DNA from: an uncultured Methylomirabilota bacterium | GTDB taxonomy: Bacteria > Methylomirabilota > Methylomirabilia > Methylomirabilales > 2-02-FULL-66-22 | Assembly: GCA_963705305.1 (NCBI GenBank) | Contig: OY970067.1 | Location: 4,064,001-4,128,000 of the forward strand | DNA: 64,000 nt | Reading direction: 5' to 3' | Shown: positions 1-9,746 of the stretch, piece after piece | Layout of the letters: every line of letters starts with the position of its first letter | How positions within the stretch are numbered: the stretch's first letter is position 1 | Made by a program: the position numbers and the translations under genes | The notes under the pieces: generated by a model | Told to the model about the DNA's origin: nothing | Databases searched by the model: none | The model's input: the letters and a program-made list of their open reading frames with translations, nothing else

Positions 1-200
1 GCAGCCGCCTTGCGGGTGAAGGTGACGGCGGCCATGCCCTCGATCTCGTAGGCCCCGGCGGCGATGCCTGCCGCCATGCGCCGGGCCAGGCTCTCGGTCT
101 TGCCCGATCCGGCGCCGGCCTCGACGAGGAGGTTCAGGTCGAGCCGGGCCTCCATCAGGTCCCGGGCAGCCGCATCCCGAAGCCGCTTCCGCTCAGGCAT
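1..200 (-). CDS. AddA/UvrD-like SF1 helicase(-nuclease), N-terminus only; runs off the window edge
   Basis: Manual translation MPERKRLRDAAARDLMEARLDLNLLVEAGAGSGKTESLARR...AAVTFTRKAA contains Walker A and motif Ia. The ATG overlaps the upstream stop (ATGCCTGA). Confidence 0.85.
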   Translation of the reverse strand, partial: MPERKRLRDAAARDLMEARLDLNLLVEAGAGSGKTESLARRMAAGIAAGAYEIEGMAAVTFTRKAA

Positions 201-3200
201 GGTCCGCTAGCCTCCGGTACGCCGTGAGGATCGTGTTGGCCGCGTTGTCGCGCTTCCGCGTGGCGCGGGCGACCGGATCCCCGCCGCAGGCCCGCTGGAA
301 CTCGCAGTAGCGACAATCCGCGTCGGTCGCAGTCGTGAGGAACGTGCCCCCGGCCAGAAGATCGAAGAGATCCCGCAGGACGGGGCCGACCGCGCCTGGA
401 TCGGCCTGCGGCCGGGACACACGCTGCCCCTGTCCACGAACTGTCGGGAAGTAGTAGGTACTGGACGTCACGCGGGCCTTCGGCGCGCGCGCGGCGAGGA
501 GCTGCCGCGCAGCCAAGGCGTACAGCGCGTGCTGGAGCACGCGACCCCCCGCAAAGGTGCCGGCCCAGTCGTCGGGCCAGTACCGGCCCGTCTTGTAGTC
601 CACGACCTCGACGCTCCCATCGGGGAGGCGGTCCAGCCGGTCGATGCGACCCCGGAGGCGGAAGCGAAGGCCGGTGCCGAGGTCGAGCGTGACGGGGTCG
701 GCCTGGGCCAGCGGCTCGCCCGCGGCCGCCCCGGCCCCGAAGGAGACCTCGAGCCCGATGGGCACGCGCCCGGGGGCTTCGGCCTCCAGCCGGAGAAAGA
801 GGTCCAGGTCCCGGAGGACCTCGTCCCGCTCGCGCTCATAGACACTGTCGGAGGGCGGGGGAATCAAGGCCCGAAGTTCGGCCAGCTTCCCTTCCCCCAG
901 GCTCCGGAGTCGCGGAAGGTCCCGCCGGGGGTCGGGCGCCTCGTTCGTGACCCGCACCTCTCGCAGGAATGTCGCATAGAGGGCGTGGAGCGCCAGGCCG
1001 CGGGTCAACGGATCCAGCCACCGATCGGGGTCGGCCTCGGCCTCCTCGATCGGGTCGATGCCGAGGCCGTGCTCGAGGAAGTACCGGAAGGGGCACGTGG
1101 CCAGGCTCTCGAGGCGGCTGGCAGAGACCGCGCGCCCCGACTGGCGCGGGTCGAGGCGTGGACCGGCCTCGCGAACGAAGCCGTCGTAGATGGTAAAGGC
1201 CTCGGAGTCGCGCGCGGCCTCGGCGGCCTCGCCCTGCGCGAGGCCCGGGAAGGCGGCGGACACGGCGGCCCGCCCGGCGCTGCCCACTCCCCGGAGAGAG
1301 GCCAGCCACCACCCCGCATCGCCAAGCGCCAGCTCGCGGCGAGGCGGGACGAGGGAGACGGGTTCCCCCAGTGCCTGGTTCAGGTGGTCATAGGTCACGT
1401 CTTCTCCGGGCCGCTCCAGTCGGAGGGCCTGGAGGAGGACCCAGGAGGGGAAGGTCTCCCGACTCTCGCGGAGGTCCCGGCAGGAAAAGCTCAGACAGAC
1501 CCGTCCGCCCAGGGCGGCCAGGCGTGAGATCACGGCGAAGAGGGCCTCGCTCACCCGGTCGCGCGAGGTGGGAAGCGGAAGGCCGAGCGTGCTCCCCAGC
1601 CGCTCCCGCTCCACGTCGAGGAGCACCGGATCTTCGATCGGCGCCGGGAAGACGCCACCTTCCTCCAGCCCCACCACGAAGGTGTGCGGGCGCCCCGCAT
1701 ACCCCGCGCGGATCAGGCTGCTGACATGCAGGTGCCCCGGTCGCGCCCGGTCGCCGCCCACGAGGAGCCCGGCGATCCGGTCCTGAATGAAGGCGACGGC
1801 CTCGCCGAGGGGGCGGCTGAAGCCGCCGAGCAGCCCCAGCTCGTCGAGGGCCCCGGTGAGGGCTGTGACGGCCGCCCCGTCCAGGGCGCTGCCGCGGGCT
1901 GCGGTGCTCTCGACGAATCCGGCGCAAGCGGTGAGGAGGGCGCCGAGACCCACCCGCCCGTCTCGGTCGGGCTCCGGCACCAGCGCCAGGTGGCCGCGAA
2001 TCCACGTGCCGAGGCGCTCGACTTGCGCCGCCCGGAGGGTGTAGCGACCCCTGGTCTCCTCATCCGCTTCGATGTCCGTCGCCCGCTCCCGGTAGGATTC
2101 GGCGAGAGCGGTCAGGGCACCCGCATAGGTCTGTCTCCCCCAGGTCGCGCCGGACTCCGCCAAGAGGCGGGCGGCCTGACCGGCCGTCGGGCCATCGTCG
2201 AGATCCAGCCGCATATCGCCCGATTGCAGCAACCGGCGCAGGCCGGCCGCCGGGAACCCGTCGGCGATCCACGTGCAGAAGGCCAGCAGCGCCCGCGCCG
2301 GCCGCGTCAGCGTGATCGGAATCCCCGGGTCGACCGTGACGGGCCAGCCGTACCGCTGGGCTTTCTCCCAAATGAGGACGGTGTACTCCGGCGCAGCGCA
2401 GGCGACCTCGACATGATCGAAGGGAAGGCGGTCGGCCTGGATGCGGCGGAAGACCTCCTCGACCTCGGCTTCCTTCCCGCCCGCCCGGAACATGCTGAGC
2501 GTGCCGTCCGGCTTCGGCGGGGGGGCAACGTCCGGCGCGAGGAGGAATGCCAGGCGGTCGGCGTCCGAGGCTGGGACGGCCGGCGCCTCGGCCTGGGGTG
2601 TCGCCAGGAGCGCCAGCCGGCGGGGGGCCGCAAGGCCCGGAAGGCGGGGGGCGGCCGGAAGGAGGCGCTCCCCCGGCAGCCTGTCCAGGAATTTTCGCTC
2701 CAAAGGCGCCCAGATCACGCCGGGCAGCTCGACCTGCACGTCCTCGGGAAGGACCGGGCAGCGGTCCAGGTGCCGGAGCGCCTCTTGGAAGACGGACGCC
2801 TGGTCTGCCAGCCGCTGGTCGCCGAGATGGGCTTCGTACGCCGACAGCAGCGCCTGGAACTCGATGGCCTTGTCTGGACTGAGGAAGGCATCCCTTGACA
2901 GGTCTGCCGCCGCCACCCCAGCCATGCGCAGCTCTCGGATGGTGCTCCACAGGGCATCCGCCATCTGCGGCTGCTCGGCCAAGGGCCGGAAGTACGGGGG
3001 CGTGCTGCCAGGGAGTTCGAGCAAGAGCCGCATGATGAGCGCCGGACCCAAGGTGTCGGGGGCCGGGTCGATCTCCCGCTCGACCAGGAAAGGAGCAGCC
3101 ACCTGCAGGGCGAGATCCAGCGGCCGCACGAAGCGGACGTTCGCCCAGTTCGTCCCCTCGAGGACCAACCGCTCGCCGAGCGTGTGGCCGACCGCGTGGG

Positions 3201-3282
3201 AGAGCACAAAGACCCACTTGGTCGTAGTTCGGCGCGTCCGACATATTTCTGCGAGCTGAACAAGGAAGGGATCCACTGCCAT
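193..3282 (-). CDS. AddB/RexB-like protein with C-terminal PD-(D/E)XK nuclease and Fe-S cysteines
   Basis: 1029 aa. Motifs SASRLESLATCPFRYF, RGRIDRLD...VVDYKTG, QHALY and CRYCEFQRAC. Directly upstream of a UvrD-like gene. Confidence 0.85.
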   Translation of the reverse strand: MAVDPFLVQLAEICRTRRTTTKWVFVLSHAVGHTLGERLVLEGTNWANVRFVRPLDLALQVAAPFLVEREIDPAPDTLGPALIMRLLLELPGSTPPYFRPLAEQPQMADALWSTIRELRMAGVAAADLSRDAFLSPDKAIEFQALLSAYEAHLGDQRLADQASVFQEALRHLDRCPVLPEDVQVELPGVIWAPLERKFLDRLPGERLLPAAPRLPGLAAPRRLALLATPQAEAPAVPASDADRLAFLLAPDVAPPPKPDGTLSMFRAGGKEAEVEEVFRRIQADRLPFDHVEVACAAPEYTVLIWEKAQRYGWPVTVDPGIPITLTRPARALLAFCTWIADGFPAAGLRRLLQSGDMRLDLDDGPTAGQAARLLAESGATWGRQTYAGALTALAESYRERATDIEADEETRGRYTLRAAQVERLGTWIRGHLALVPEPDRDGRVGLGALLTACAGFVESTAARGSALDGAAVTALTGALDELGLLGGFSRPLGEAVAFIQDRIAGLLVGGDRARPGHLHVSSLIRAGYAGRPHTFVVGLEEGGVFPAPIEDPVLLDVERERLGSTLGLPLPTSRDRVSEALFAVISRLAALGGRVCLSFSCRDLRESRETFPSWVLLQALRLERPGEDVTYDHLNQALGEPVSLVPPRRELALGDAGWWLASLRGVGSAGRAAVSAAFPGLAQGEAAEAARDSEAFTIYDGFVREAGPRLDPRQSGRAVSASRLESLATCPFRYFLEHGLGIDPIEEAEADPDRWLDPLTRGLALHALYATFLREVRVTNEAPDPRRDLPRLRSLGEGKLAELRALIPPPSDSVYERERDEVLRDLDLFLRLEAEAPGRVPIGLEVSFGAGAAAGEPLAQADPVTLDLGTGLRFRLRGRIDRLDRLPDGSVEVVDYKTGRYWPDDWAGTFAGGRVLQHALYALAARQLLAARAPKARVTSSTYYFPTVRGQGQRVSRPQADPGAVGPVLRDLFDLLAGGTFLTTATDADCRYCEFQRACGGDPVARATRKRDNAANTILTAYRRLADHA

Positions 3283-3312
3283 GACAGGCTCCCAGCTATC
3301 GGACCTCGCTCT

Positions 3313-3900
3313 CTATGAAAAGGTCTTGAGCCCTCCTGCCTCGTCCCACGCGCGGACCAGTTTCTTGGTCACGGTAGCGAGCTTCATCTGTACAGTACTC
3401 ATTTCATTCGGCAGAATGGGTTCCGAGAAGTAGATGCCGTAATTGTACGGCTCCTCGTATTTCTGAGCCTGGGACTTCTCGAACTCGGGCCAAGCGCTCT
3501 GGAATTTACTCTTGCTCTCAACATAAATCGTCGCAGATGCCTGAATAGAGGAGGTGTCACCATTTTCACTCCACCAACATACCTCCACCGCGAAAGCAAG
3601 CTCATGCTCCTTGAGATTAATGCGTGCCCCGAGTGATGCCCCATGCTGGGCTATCCACTTGTCCCGGGAAATAGTTTCAGGGAACAATATTGAGGAGATT
3701 TGGCTCTCATCCATTCGGATTTTAATCGCATCTCCCAGTGCGGGGAGATTCATTCGCAGCACATCCGCGCACCTATGCTGGACCTCGCGGGAGAACTCGT
3801 TCAGCGCAACAATGGCTTGCAAGTAAGAAGATGCGCCTTGCTCTAGCAATTTCTTCTTAGCCGCCTCCAACCTCTCCCTCAAATCTTCAGGCGTTTCCAT
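3313..3900 (-). CDS. Hypothetical protein (~195 aa)
   Basis: ORF from METPEDL. Overlaps the upstream nuclease gene and is visibly more AT-rich than the flanks. Confidence 0.65.
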   Translation of the reverse strand: METPEDLRERLEAAKKKLLEQGASSYLQAIVALNEFSREVQHRCADVLRMNLPALGDAIKIRMDESQISSILFPETISRDKWIAQHGASLGARINLKEHELAFAVEVCWWSENGDTSSIQASATIYVESKSKFQSAWPEFEKSQAQKYEEPYNYGIYFSEPILPNEMSTVQMKLATVTKKLVRAWDEAGGLKTFS

Positions 3901-4801
3901 GATGCCCCTCCGCGCAGAGGCATTCCTCGAGGTGCTCCGTGAGAGCCGAGCCCACCTTGACCCGCTTACAGTCAAATGCCTGTTTGGCAATTGACGCTGA
4001 CAGGCCACAGAGGTTCTGCTCTACTGCACCGACAAACGCGAGGGTCATGCCCGCCACCACGATCTCTTCTCCGGCCTTCGTGGTCCTGACTAGTTCTGGA
4101 ATCATCTGCCTCAAGCTGGCACAGAGCTGTGCCCATGTGAGAAGCCGGAAACCCTCATACAGTAGCTTTTCTCCTTCTGTCGCCAAAAGGATGGTATGTT
4201 TGTGCGGCGAAGGTTCCCGTTGGTCTTCTAACCATTTCCTGTAGCCGCGCTGCTTCACAGTGTCCGCCGCGTCGGCGGAAACCTTCTTGACCTCAACCAT
4301 AATTAAGGCGTTGCCTGGGTAGCGAATTTCCAGATCAATCCTGCCCGATTGGCCTTCGTGGCCTTCCGATACCCAGACCTCGCGTCGAATCACCGGAGGG
4401 ACGCTCTCACACTTTCGCATACCTTCAGGATCATCGATCCGAAGCAACCGGAACACTAGCTCCGGAGTCGGCAGTACTTTCACAATCCAGTGGAGCCAAT
4501 CGGAGTATGCCGTCTCGGGTTCCTTCGATAGCCACCTGTGGACGCCAAAATCAATCAACAGCGGGTCCCCCAGAGGATAAAGACGCACTCTCGATTCTTG
4601 GAGCAATCCTCGTAGCTTTTCCCCTTCGAGTACCAAGAGTTCCTCCGCGCTCTCGATGATTCGATGGACCGAGGACCAGCCTCCTGTGCGTGCCTGTTGG
4701 ATGGAGAGGATCTCAGCTCCGAGTTCAGCCCATCGCCTCCACGTCTTCAACAGCTGGTCTACCGTAATCATCCTTGTTGACCTCATGCATCGCCTTTGCA
4801 T
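3887..4801 (-). CDS. PD-(D/E)XK nuclease superfamily protein
   Basis: Motif IRREVWV...GRIDLEI...IMVEVKK, plus E..YSDWLHW. The start could be 4771. Confidence 0.7.
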   Translation of the reverse strand: MQRRCMRSTRMITVDQLLKTWRRWAELGAEILSIQQARTGGWSSVHRIIESAEELLVLEGEKLRGLLQESRVRLYPLGDPLLIDFGVHRWLSKEPETAYSDWLHWIVKVLPTPELVFRLLRIDDPEGMRKCESVPPVIRREVWVSEGHEGQSGRIDLEIRYPGNALIMVEVKKVSADAADTVKQRGYRKWLEDQREPSPHKHTILLATEGEKLLYEGFRLLTWAQLCASLRQMIPELVRTTKAGEEIVVAGMTLAFVGAVEQNLCGLSASIAKQAFDCKRVKVGSALTEHLEECLCAEGHHGNA

Positions 4802-4982
4802 CCGACACCTGCTGGAAATGCCAGACCTTCCCGGAACTCTTTAGCAGTAATGGAAAAAGCCCCTCGCAATGACCCCGCAGCGAGGCCGACTCTGCATGTG
4901 AAGGTGGCCCATACAGTTCATCATCCCTTGGCGGGAATTCGTCCTCGCCGGATTTTGCCGGATGTCTGCCTCTTGGCGGACA

Positions 4983-5016
4983 AAAATACTACTGACCCGT
5001 GACATGTGCGGTCACA
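4983..5016 (-). promoter_or_regulatory. Conserved palindromic box + -10 (copy 1), upstream of the nuclease/addB/addA operon
   Basis: Minus strand: TGTGAC-CGCACAT-GTCACG-N9-TATTTT. Confidence 0.6.
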
Positions 5017-5109
5017 GTTTCCCTCGGGGGTGTCCCCCGTAGTGGAGGTAGGAAGAAATTGCTCTGCGTGGGGTCACCTCCACCTGTCAACGGGAGCACT
5101 GGAACTCCG

Positions 5110-5622
5110 TCATCCCGCGGAACCAGTGGAATGCGAAACGCAGACAAAGGAGCGGCCCCGGCGCTTACGCCCGAAGATCCTCTTGGGGCGACACCATCGA
5201 GATGCCCTAGAGAGCAAGGGTCGAAAGTTAGAAGGAGAAACGCCCGCCGAACCCAACAGCATTCCCACGTCGCGAGAGGATGTCTCGCAAAGTAAAATGG
5301 GGCTCAGGGGCCAGGGGGGTCGGGAAAGTGCGTGGGCGCCGATCCCGAGCCGGCTCCGCGGATGCAACAATGCGGGGTGCGGATCGGCGAATGCAGGATG
5401 GAGGAGCCAGAGACTCCGTAGATCCGCACACTGGTGGCGATTTATAGCAAACCGGTCCTTCAGAGACAAGATTTTCGACGGAGTTGTCTCTCCGCCCAAA
5501 CATGGCGCAAGATTCCGAATCCTCCGGAAGACCGGCAGGGCTCTGAGGCAGACCAAGACAGCGGGCGCCGCCGCCACTTTGACCGCCAGCCTAGGGCGCT
5601 CGGGGGCGACCTCGATTTGCAT
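5110..5622 (-). CDS. Possible ORF or gene remnant downstream of box 2
   Basis: AGGAG RBS before the ATG (MQIEVAPERPRL). The remainder does not look protein-like. Confidence 0.25.
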   Translation of the reverse strand: MQIEVAPERPRLAVKVAAAPAVLVCLRALPVFRRIRNLAPCLGGETTPSKILSLKDRFAINRHQCADLRSLWLLHPAFADPHPALLHPRSRLGIGAHALSRPPWPLSPILLCETSSRDVGMLLGSAGVSPSNFRPLLSRASRWCRPKRIFGRKRRGRSFVCVSHSTGSAG

Positions 5623-5663
5623 GGGGGTCTCCTGGCGCGCCGTCTCGGAGGGTGCGCGGGAGC

Positions 5664-5697
5664 AGCATACCCGGGGAGTGTGGCAGGTAACGTCACA
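5664..5697 (-). promoter_or_regulatory. Conserved palindromic box + -10 (copy 2), divergent from WYL gene 1
   Basis: Minus strand: TGTGAC-GTTACCT-GCCACA-N9-TATGCT. Confidence 0.7.
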
Positions 5698-5756
5698 GGA
5701 GATGAGGCTCAGTTTCGTCTTGCGGGCGAGCGGGAGACGGGCCTATAGTCTCCGGG

Positions 5757-6752
5757 ATGGCGACGACCCCGGCCCCGCGTCGCGAGCGCCAGATGGTCCG
5801 GCTGCTCACGCTCCTCAAGCTGCTGCGGGAGAACGGGCACCCGTCCGTCCACGACCTCGCCGCCCGGTTCCATACCCGCCGCGAGACGATTTACCGCGAC
5901 CTCCGCGCCCTGCAGGCGGTTGGCTACCCTATCATCGGCGATGCCGAGGGCCGCCTGAGCCGACCCACCCTGCCCGTCGAGTTCCGGACGACCGTCCCCG
6001 CGGTGCCGTTCACCCGGCACGAGCTGACCGCCCTGACCTGGGCCGCCAAGCAGGCGGACTCGCGACAGCCGTTCCACACCGGCCTGGAGAGCGCGCTACG
6101 GAAGCTCCACGGCATGGCGGCCGCCCCGGATGCCCGCTTGGCCCAGTCGCTGACGGGCGTCTTCGACGGCTGGTCCCGGGGTGTGAAGAACTATGCCGGC
6201 TTTCAGGAGATCATCCTCCAGCTCGTGGAGGCGATCGTGGCCACCCGCCGCTGCTTCGTGCGCTACCAGGCGCCCGGGCGGGCCGCCCCCAACAACTTCC
6301 GGTTCGAGCCCTACCGCCTCCTCCTGATCCAGGACAGCCTCTACTGCGTGGGAAAGGGAACCTACCACGACTCCCTCATGAGTCTCGCCATCGACCGCTT
6401 CCAGCGGGTCACGGTGACCGGGGAGCCCTTCGCGCCGGACGCCAAGTTCGACCTCACAAAGTACAAGGCGGAGGCCTTCGGCGTGGTCTGGGAGAAGCCC
6501 ATGACCGTGGTCGTGCAGTTCCGCGCCGAGCAGGCCCCCTACGTCCACGAGCGCGAGTGGCATCCGACCCAGAGGCTGAAGACCCTGCGAGACGGGCGGC
6601 TGGAGCTCGCCTTCCGGGCCGGCGGCGCCTTCGAGATCACCCGCTGGATCCTGGGCTGGGGCGACGCCGCCGAGGTCGTCCGACCGGCGAAGTTGCGGCG
6701 CGAGGTGGGTGCCATCCTCCGGGCGGCAGCAAATCACTACCAACCTCGCTAG
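5757..6752 (+). CDS. HTH-WYL-WCX transcriptional regulator (PafB/PafC/DriD-like), copy 1
   Basis: N-terminal HTH (DLAARFHTRRETIYRDLRAL), WYL core (FEPYRL...LYCVG...LAIDRF) and C-terminal WHPTQ...RWILGWG. Confidence 0.92.
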   Translation: MATTPAPRRERQMVRLLTLLKLLRENGHPSVHDLAARFHTRRETIYRDLRALQAVGYPIIGDAEGRLSRPTLPVEFRTTVPAVPFTRHELTALTWAAKQADSRQPFHTGLESALRKLHGMAAAPDARLAQSLTGVFDGWSRGVKNYAGFQEIILQLVEAIVATRRCFVRYQAPGRAAPNNFRFEPYRLLLIQDSLYCVGKGTYHDSLMSLAIDRFQRVTVTGEPFAPDAKFDLTKYKAEAFGVVWEKPMTVVVQFRAEQAPYVHEREWHPTQRLKTLRDGRLELAFRAGGAFEITRWILGWGDAAEVVRPAKLRREVGAILRAAANHYQPR

Positions 6753-6760
6753 CGAGCCCC

Positions 6761-8356
6761 ATGGCGCAGATCGTCCCCTCCGACATCGCCCCCTACGAAC
6801 GGTCAGGTTGGCATACCCCCGAGCTCGAGACCCTGAATACGCTGCGAGCGCGCCTGCCGGCCGCATACACGGTCTACCACGGCGTGCACTGGGCCCGCGA
6901 GGGCGCGCAGGCAACGGCCTTTGGAGAACTGGACTTCGTCGTCGTGAACGCGGTGGGGCGCGTGCTCGTCGTCGAGCAGAAGAACGGGGCGCTGGAGCAG
7001 ACCGCTTCCGGCCTGGTGAAGACCTACCCCGATGGGTCGAAGAGCGTCGGGGAGCAGGTGCAGCGCTCCCTCGACGGCATCCGTCGGAAGTTCAGGGCAG
7101 TCCATGGACCCGGCGCAACGCTCGACCTTGACTATCTCATCTATTGCCCGGACCATCGGTTACACGCCCTCAACGCGGCGGCCCTCGATGCCAGCCGGAT
7201 CGTCGATGCAGAGCAGCGCGACCGACTGGCCGAGCGGATCGAGGGTATCCTCGGACCGGGCCTCCCCCCGGACCCTGCCCGAGCCGAGCGAGCCCTGGCC
7301 TTCTTTCGGCAGACCTTCGAGGTGGTCCCGGACATCCATGCCCACATGAGCCAGCAGGAGAAGGCATACACCCGGCTCGCCGGCCCCCTGGCCCAGCTCC
7401 TGGCCAATCTGGAGATGACCCCCCTCCGCCTGCGGATCTACGGCACGGCGGGCTGCGGGAAGAGTCTGATCGCCGGCCAGTTCTTCCAGAAGGCCCTCGC
7501 CCAGGGGAAGAGGCCCATTCTCGTCTGCTACAACCGGCCGCTCGCCGAGAAGTTGAAGGCCAGCCTGCCGTCCGACGGCCTCGTCACCAATTTCCACGGG
7601 CTCTGCGACCAGTTCCTGAAGAGCCAGGGGCATCCGCCCGTCTACGACGACTGGACACGCATTGTCGAATCGGTCGCGGCAGAGTCTGTTCCGGGTTCGT
7701 GGAAGTTCGATGCGGTGATCGTGGACGAGGGGCAGGACTTCGAGCAGGAGTGGGTGGAAACCCTTCGCCTCTTCCTCCGGGACCAACCGGATATGGTGTG
7801 GCTCGAGGACCCGGACCAGAACGTTCACGACCGAGCACCTGTGACTCTTGCCGGCTTCGTTGGCTACCGAGCCCGAGTCAACTACCGGACGCCCCGCACG
7901 ATTGCCAAAGCCATCCAGGACATGCTCTCGATCGACTTCGAGATCGGGAATCCCCTTCCGGGCCTCGGGGTGGGAACGACGCCCTACAAAGACCCTGCAG
8001 AGCAGCCTGGCCACGTCGCTCGGATCATCGATGGACTGCTGCAGAAGGGATTCACTCACGATGAGATCGTGGTGCTAACCCTGCGCGGCGTGCAGCACTC
8101 GGTCTTCAGCACGCGGGAGCGGGTCGGCAACTTCACCCTGCGGCGGTTCACAGGGGAATACGATCTGTTCGGCAACCAGATCCTCTCGGCCGGTCAGATC
8201 ACCTTCGACAGCGTCCGCCGCTTCAAGGGCCAGCAGTCCCCTGCCGTGATTCTGGTGGACGTAGAATCCGATTCCAGCCATCCAGAACTATCACAGCGCC
8301 TCCTCTACACAGGCATGACGCGGGGGACGGTGCGGGTGGAGCTGCTAAGAAGGTGA
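6761..8356 (+). CDS. NERD nuclease + SF1 (UvrD-like) helicase fusion
   Basis: From MAQIVPS: GELDFVVV...VEQKNG (NERD), GTAGCGKS, VDEGQDF, FKGQQSP and LYTGMTRG. Starts 8 bp after the WYL stop. Confidence 0.85.
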   Translation: MAQIVPSDIAPYERSGWHTPELETLNTLRARLPAAYTVYHGVHWAREGAQATAFGELDFVVVNAVGRVLVVEQKNGALEQTASGLVKTYPDGSKSVGEQVQRSLDGIRRKFRAVHGPGATLDLDYLIYCPDHRLHALNAAALDASRIVDAEQRDRLAERIEGILGPGLPPDPARAERALAFFRQTFEVVPDIHAHMSQQEKAYTRLAGPLAQLLANLEMTPLRLRIYGTAGCGKSLIAGQFFQKALAQGKRPILVCYNRPLAEKLKASLPSDGLVTNFHGLCDQFLKSQGHPPVYDDWTRIVESVAAESVPGSWKFDAVIVDEGQDFEQEWVETLRLFLRDQPDMVWLEDPDQNVHDRAPVTLAGFVGYRARVNYRTPRTIAKAIQDMLSIDFEIGNPLPGLGVGTTPYKDPAEQPGHVARIIDGLLQKGFTHDEIVVLTLRGVQHSVFSTRERVGNFTLRRFTGEYDLFGNQILSAGQITFDSVRRFKGQQSPAVILVDVESDSSHPELSQRLLYTGMTRGTVRVELLRR

Positions 8357-8507
8357 GAAAGTCTGGGAGACCTCATTCACGGGGAGCTTTCCCTGCCGTG
8401 TATTTCCAAGTAGCGGGGTGATGTCCGCATTGAGGTTCCCCCACGACGCCCGAGGCCCGATCCTGGCAGGCGCTTGCGCTCCCAAAGACAACGACGGACT
8501 TCCCGGG

Positions 8508-9746
8508 CTACCCTTGGCGGGCACCGACCAGCGTTCCAGCATCGTACTCCAGCAATATCCGAGTGGGGCGGTCACCCTCTTGGAGGAGCTGGTGGGTACG
8601 AACGATCGCGCCACTGCCTACCTGAGCCTGTTGCTTGATCGCCTTTGCAAGCGCATTGCACTTTCTGTACAGCGTCTTCCGCCGTGCCCGAAGCGTTGAT
8701 TCCAGATTGAATGTTGCATCGACTGCCCGGACCTCGCCACGAACCGCCGCCATCTCCTGCCGCAGAGCCTCGAGCGCCGAAAGTGATCTCTCAATGCTGG
8801 CGCGACGCGCCGCCTTCATCTGGGGCTCACCGGGATACAGGCACAGGACATGCCAGGCAGCGATCCGGCATTTGAGACACAACTCTAGGTCCTCGACAAT
8901 CTTTCCGAGCTCGTCGACCTTGGCCGAGATTCCGTCCGTTAGCTTTCTGGAGCCGATGAGATCAGTACCCTCCACCCGCTTCTCGAGTTTCTGCCGAAAC
9001 TCGGCTTCGAGGTGATCCTGGATTTTCAAGAGATCGCGCTCGCAATTCTCCAAGTGAATACGGGCAGGCAGGGGCAACTCGCCCGCAGTCAGTGCCGTAC
9101 ACACCTGAGTGAGGTATTCGTATGTCGAGCGGATCCGCGCCTGTCGCTGATTGTTGAGGAACTGGCAGACGGCCTCCACGCGATCCTTGATCTCCCCGAG
9201 TATTTTGCTGATGTCGGCAAGGTGCTTTTGGGCGACGATGACAGAAGCGACTTGCCATACCGCTGCCGCATTGATCATGCTCTGCAGTGTATTCACATCA
9301 AAAAGGCGCGCGTGTTCCGAAATCCTACCCCCCGCCATCGCGAAGGCCCGACGGCCGCTCCCGTCCGCGGCTCGTACGAGGTCCCCGTTGATGACTACCT
9401 CCATCAAGTGTTTACCGTGAGCTTGATGCGCAACGAGGATCGATGGCGCAGATTGGACCAGTGCGCCCAGCTTGCTGACTGGGGCGCTCTGCAGAGCTAT
9501 TGGCTTGGCCTTCTTGAAATCGCGAGGAGATCGGAGGGGCCCAATAGTCATGATGGGCCGGGTCGGCGTATCGCCGATCGCAATGCTCGTGGGTGGCGGA
9601 CCCGTCGGCGGCTCGGCGCGTGGCAGCGATGCTTGTCTTTCAAGAGCCGGAGGCTGCTGCCGTCTCAGCCAGAGCACATAGAGAACCGCTGCGACAAATG
9701 CCAAGAGAAGCGTCAGCGTGATCAAGCCCTGTCCGCTCAGAGTCAT
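8508..9746 (-). CDS. Membrane-anchored, helical/coiled-coil hypothetical protein
   Basis: N-terminal hydrophobic helix (LITLTLLLAFVAAVLYVLWL), Pro-rich linker and long amphipathic helices. Confidence 0.7.
   Translation of the reverse strand: MTLSGQGLITLTLLLAFVAAVLYVLWLRRQQPPALERQASLPRAEPPTGPPPTSIAIGDTPTRPIMTIGPLRSPRDFKKAKPIALQSAPVSKLGALVQSAPSILVAHQAHGKHLMEVVINGDLVRAADGSGRRAFAMAGGRISEHARLFDVNTLQSMINAAAVWQVASVIVAQKHLADISKILGEIKDRVEAVCQFLNNQRQARIRSTYEYLTQVCTALTAGELPLPARIHLENCERDLLKIQDHLEAEFRQKLEKRVEGTDLIGSRKLTDGISAKVDELGKIVEDLELCLKCRIAAWHVLCLYPGEPQMKAARRASIERSLSALEALRQEMAAVRGEVRAVDATFNLESTLRARRKTLYRKCNALAKAIKQQAQVGSGAIVRTHQLLQEGDRPTRILLEYDAGTLVGARQG

Noticed and set aside
193..3282. Cas4/CRISPR association of the Fe-S PD-(D/E)XK proteins
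   Set aside because: The domain is the C-terminus of a large AddB-like protein next to UvrD. No cas genes or array were seen in the window.
4998..5016. Box as a CRP/FNR site
   Set aside because: CRP is TGTGA-N6-TCACA. Here the equivalent half-sites are 9 nt apart and have a fixed 9-nt spacing to the -10.
5006..6760. N-terminal 585 aa of the 1116-aa ORF
   Set aside because: Off-frame read-through of the WYL gene. The recognisable NERD-helicase starts at 6761.
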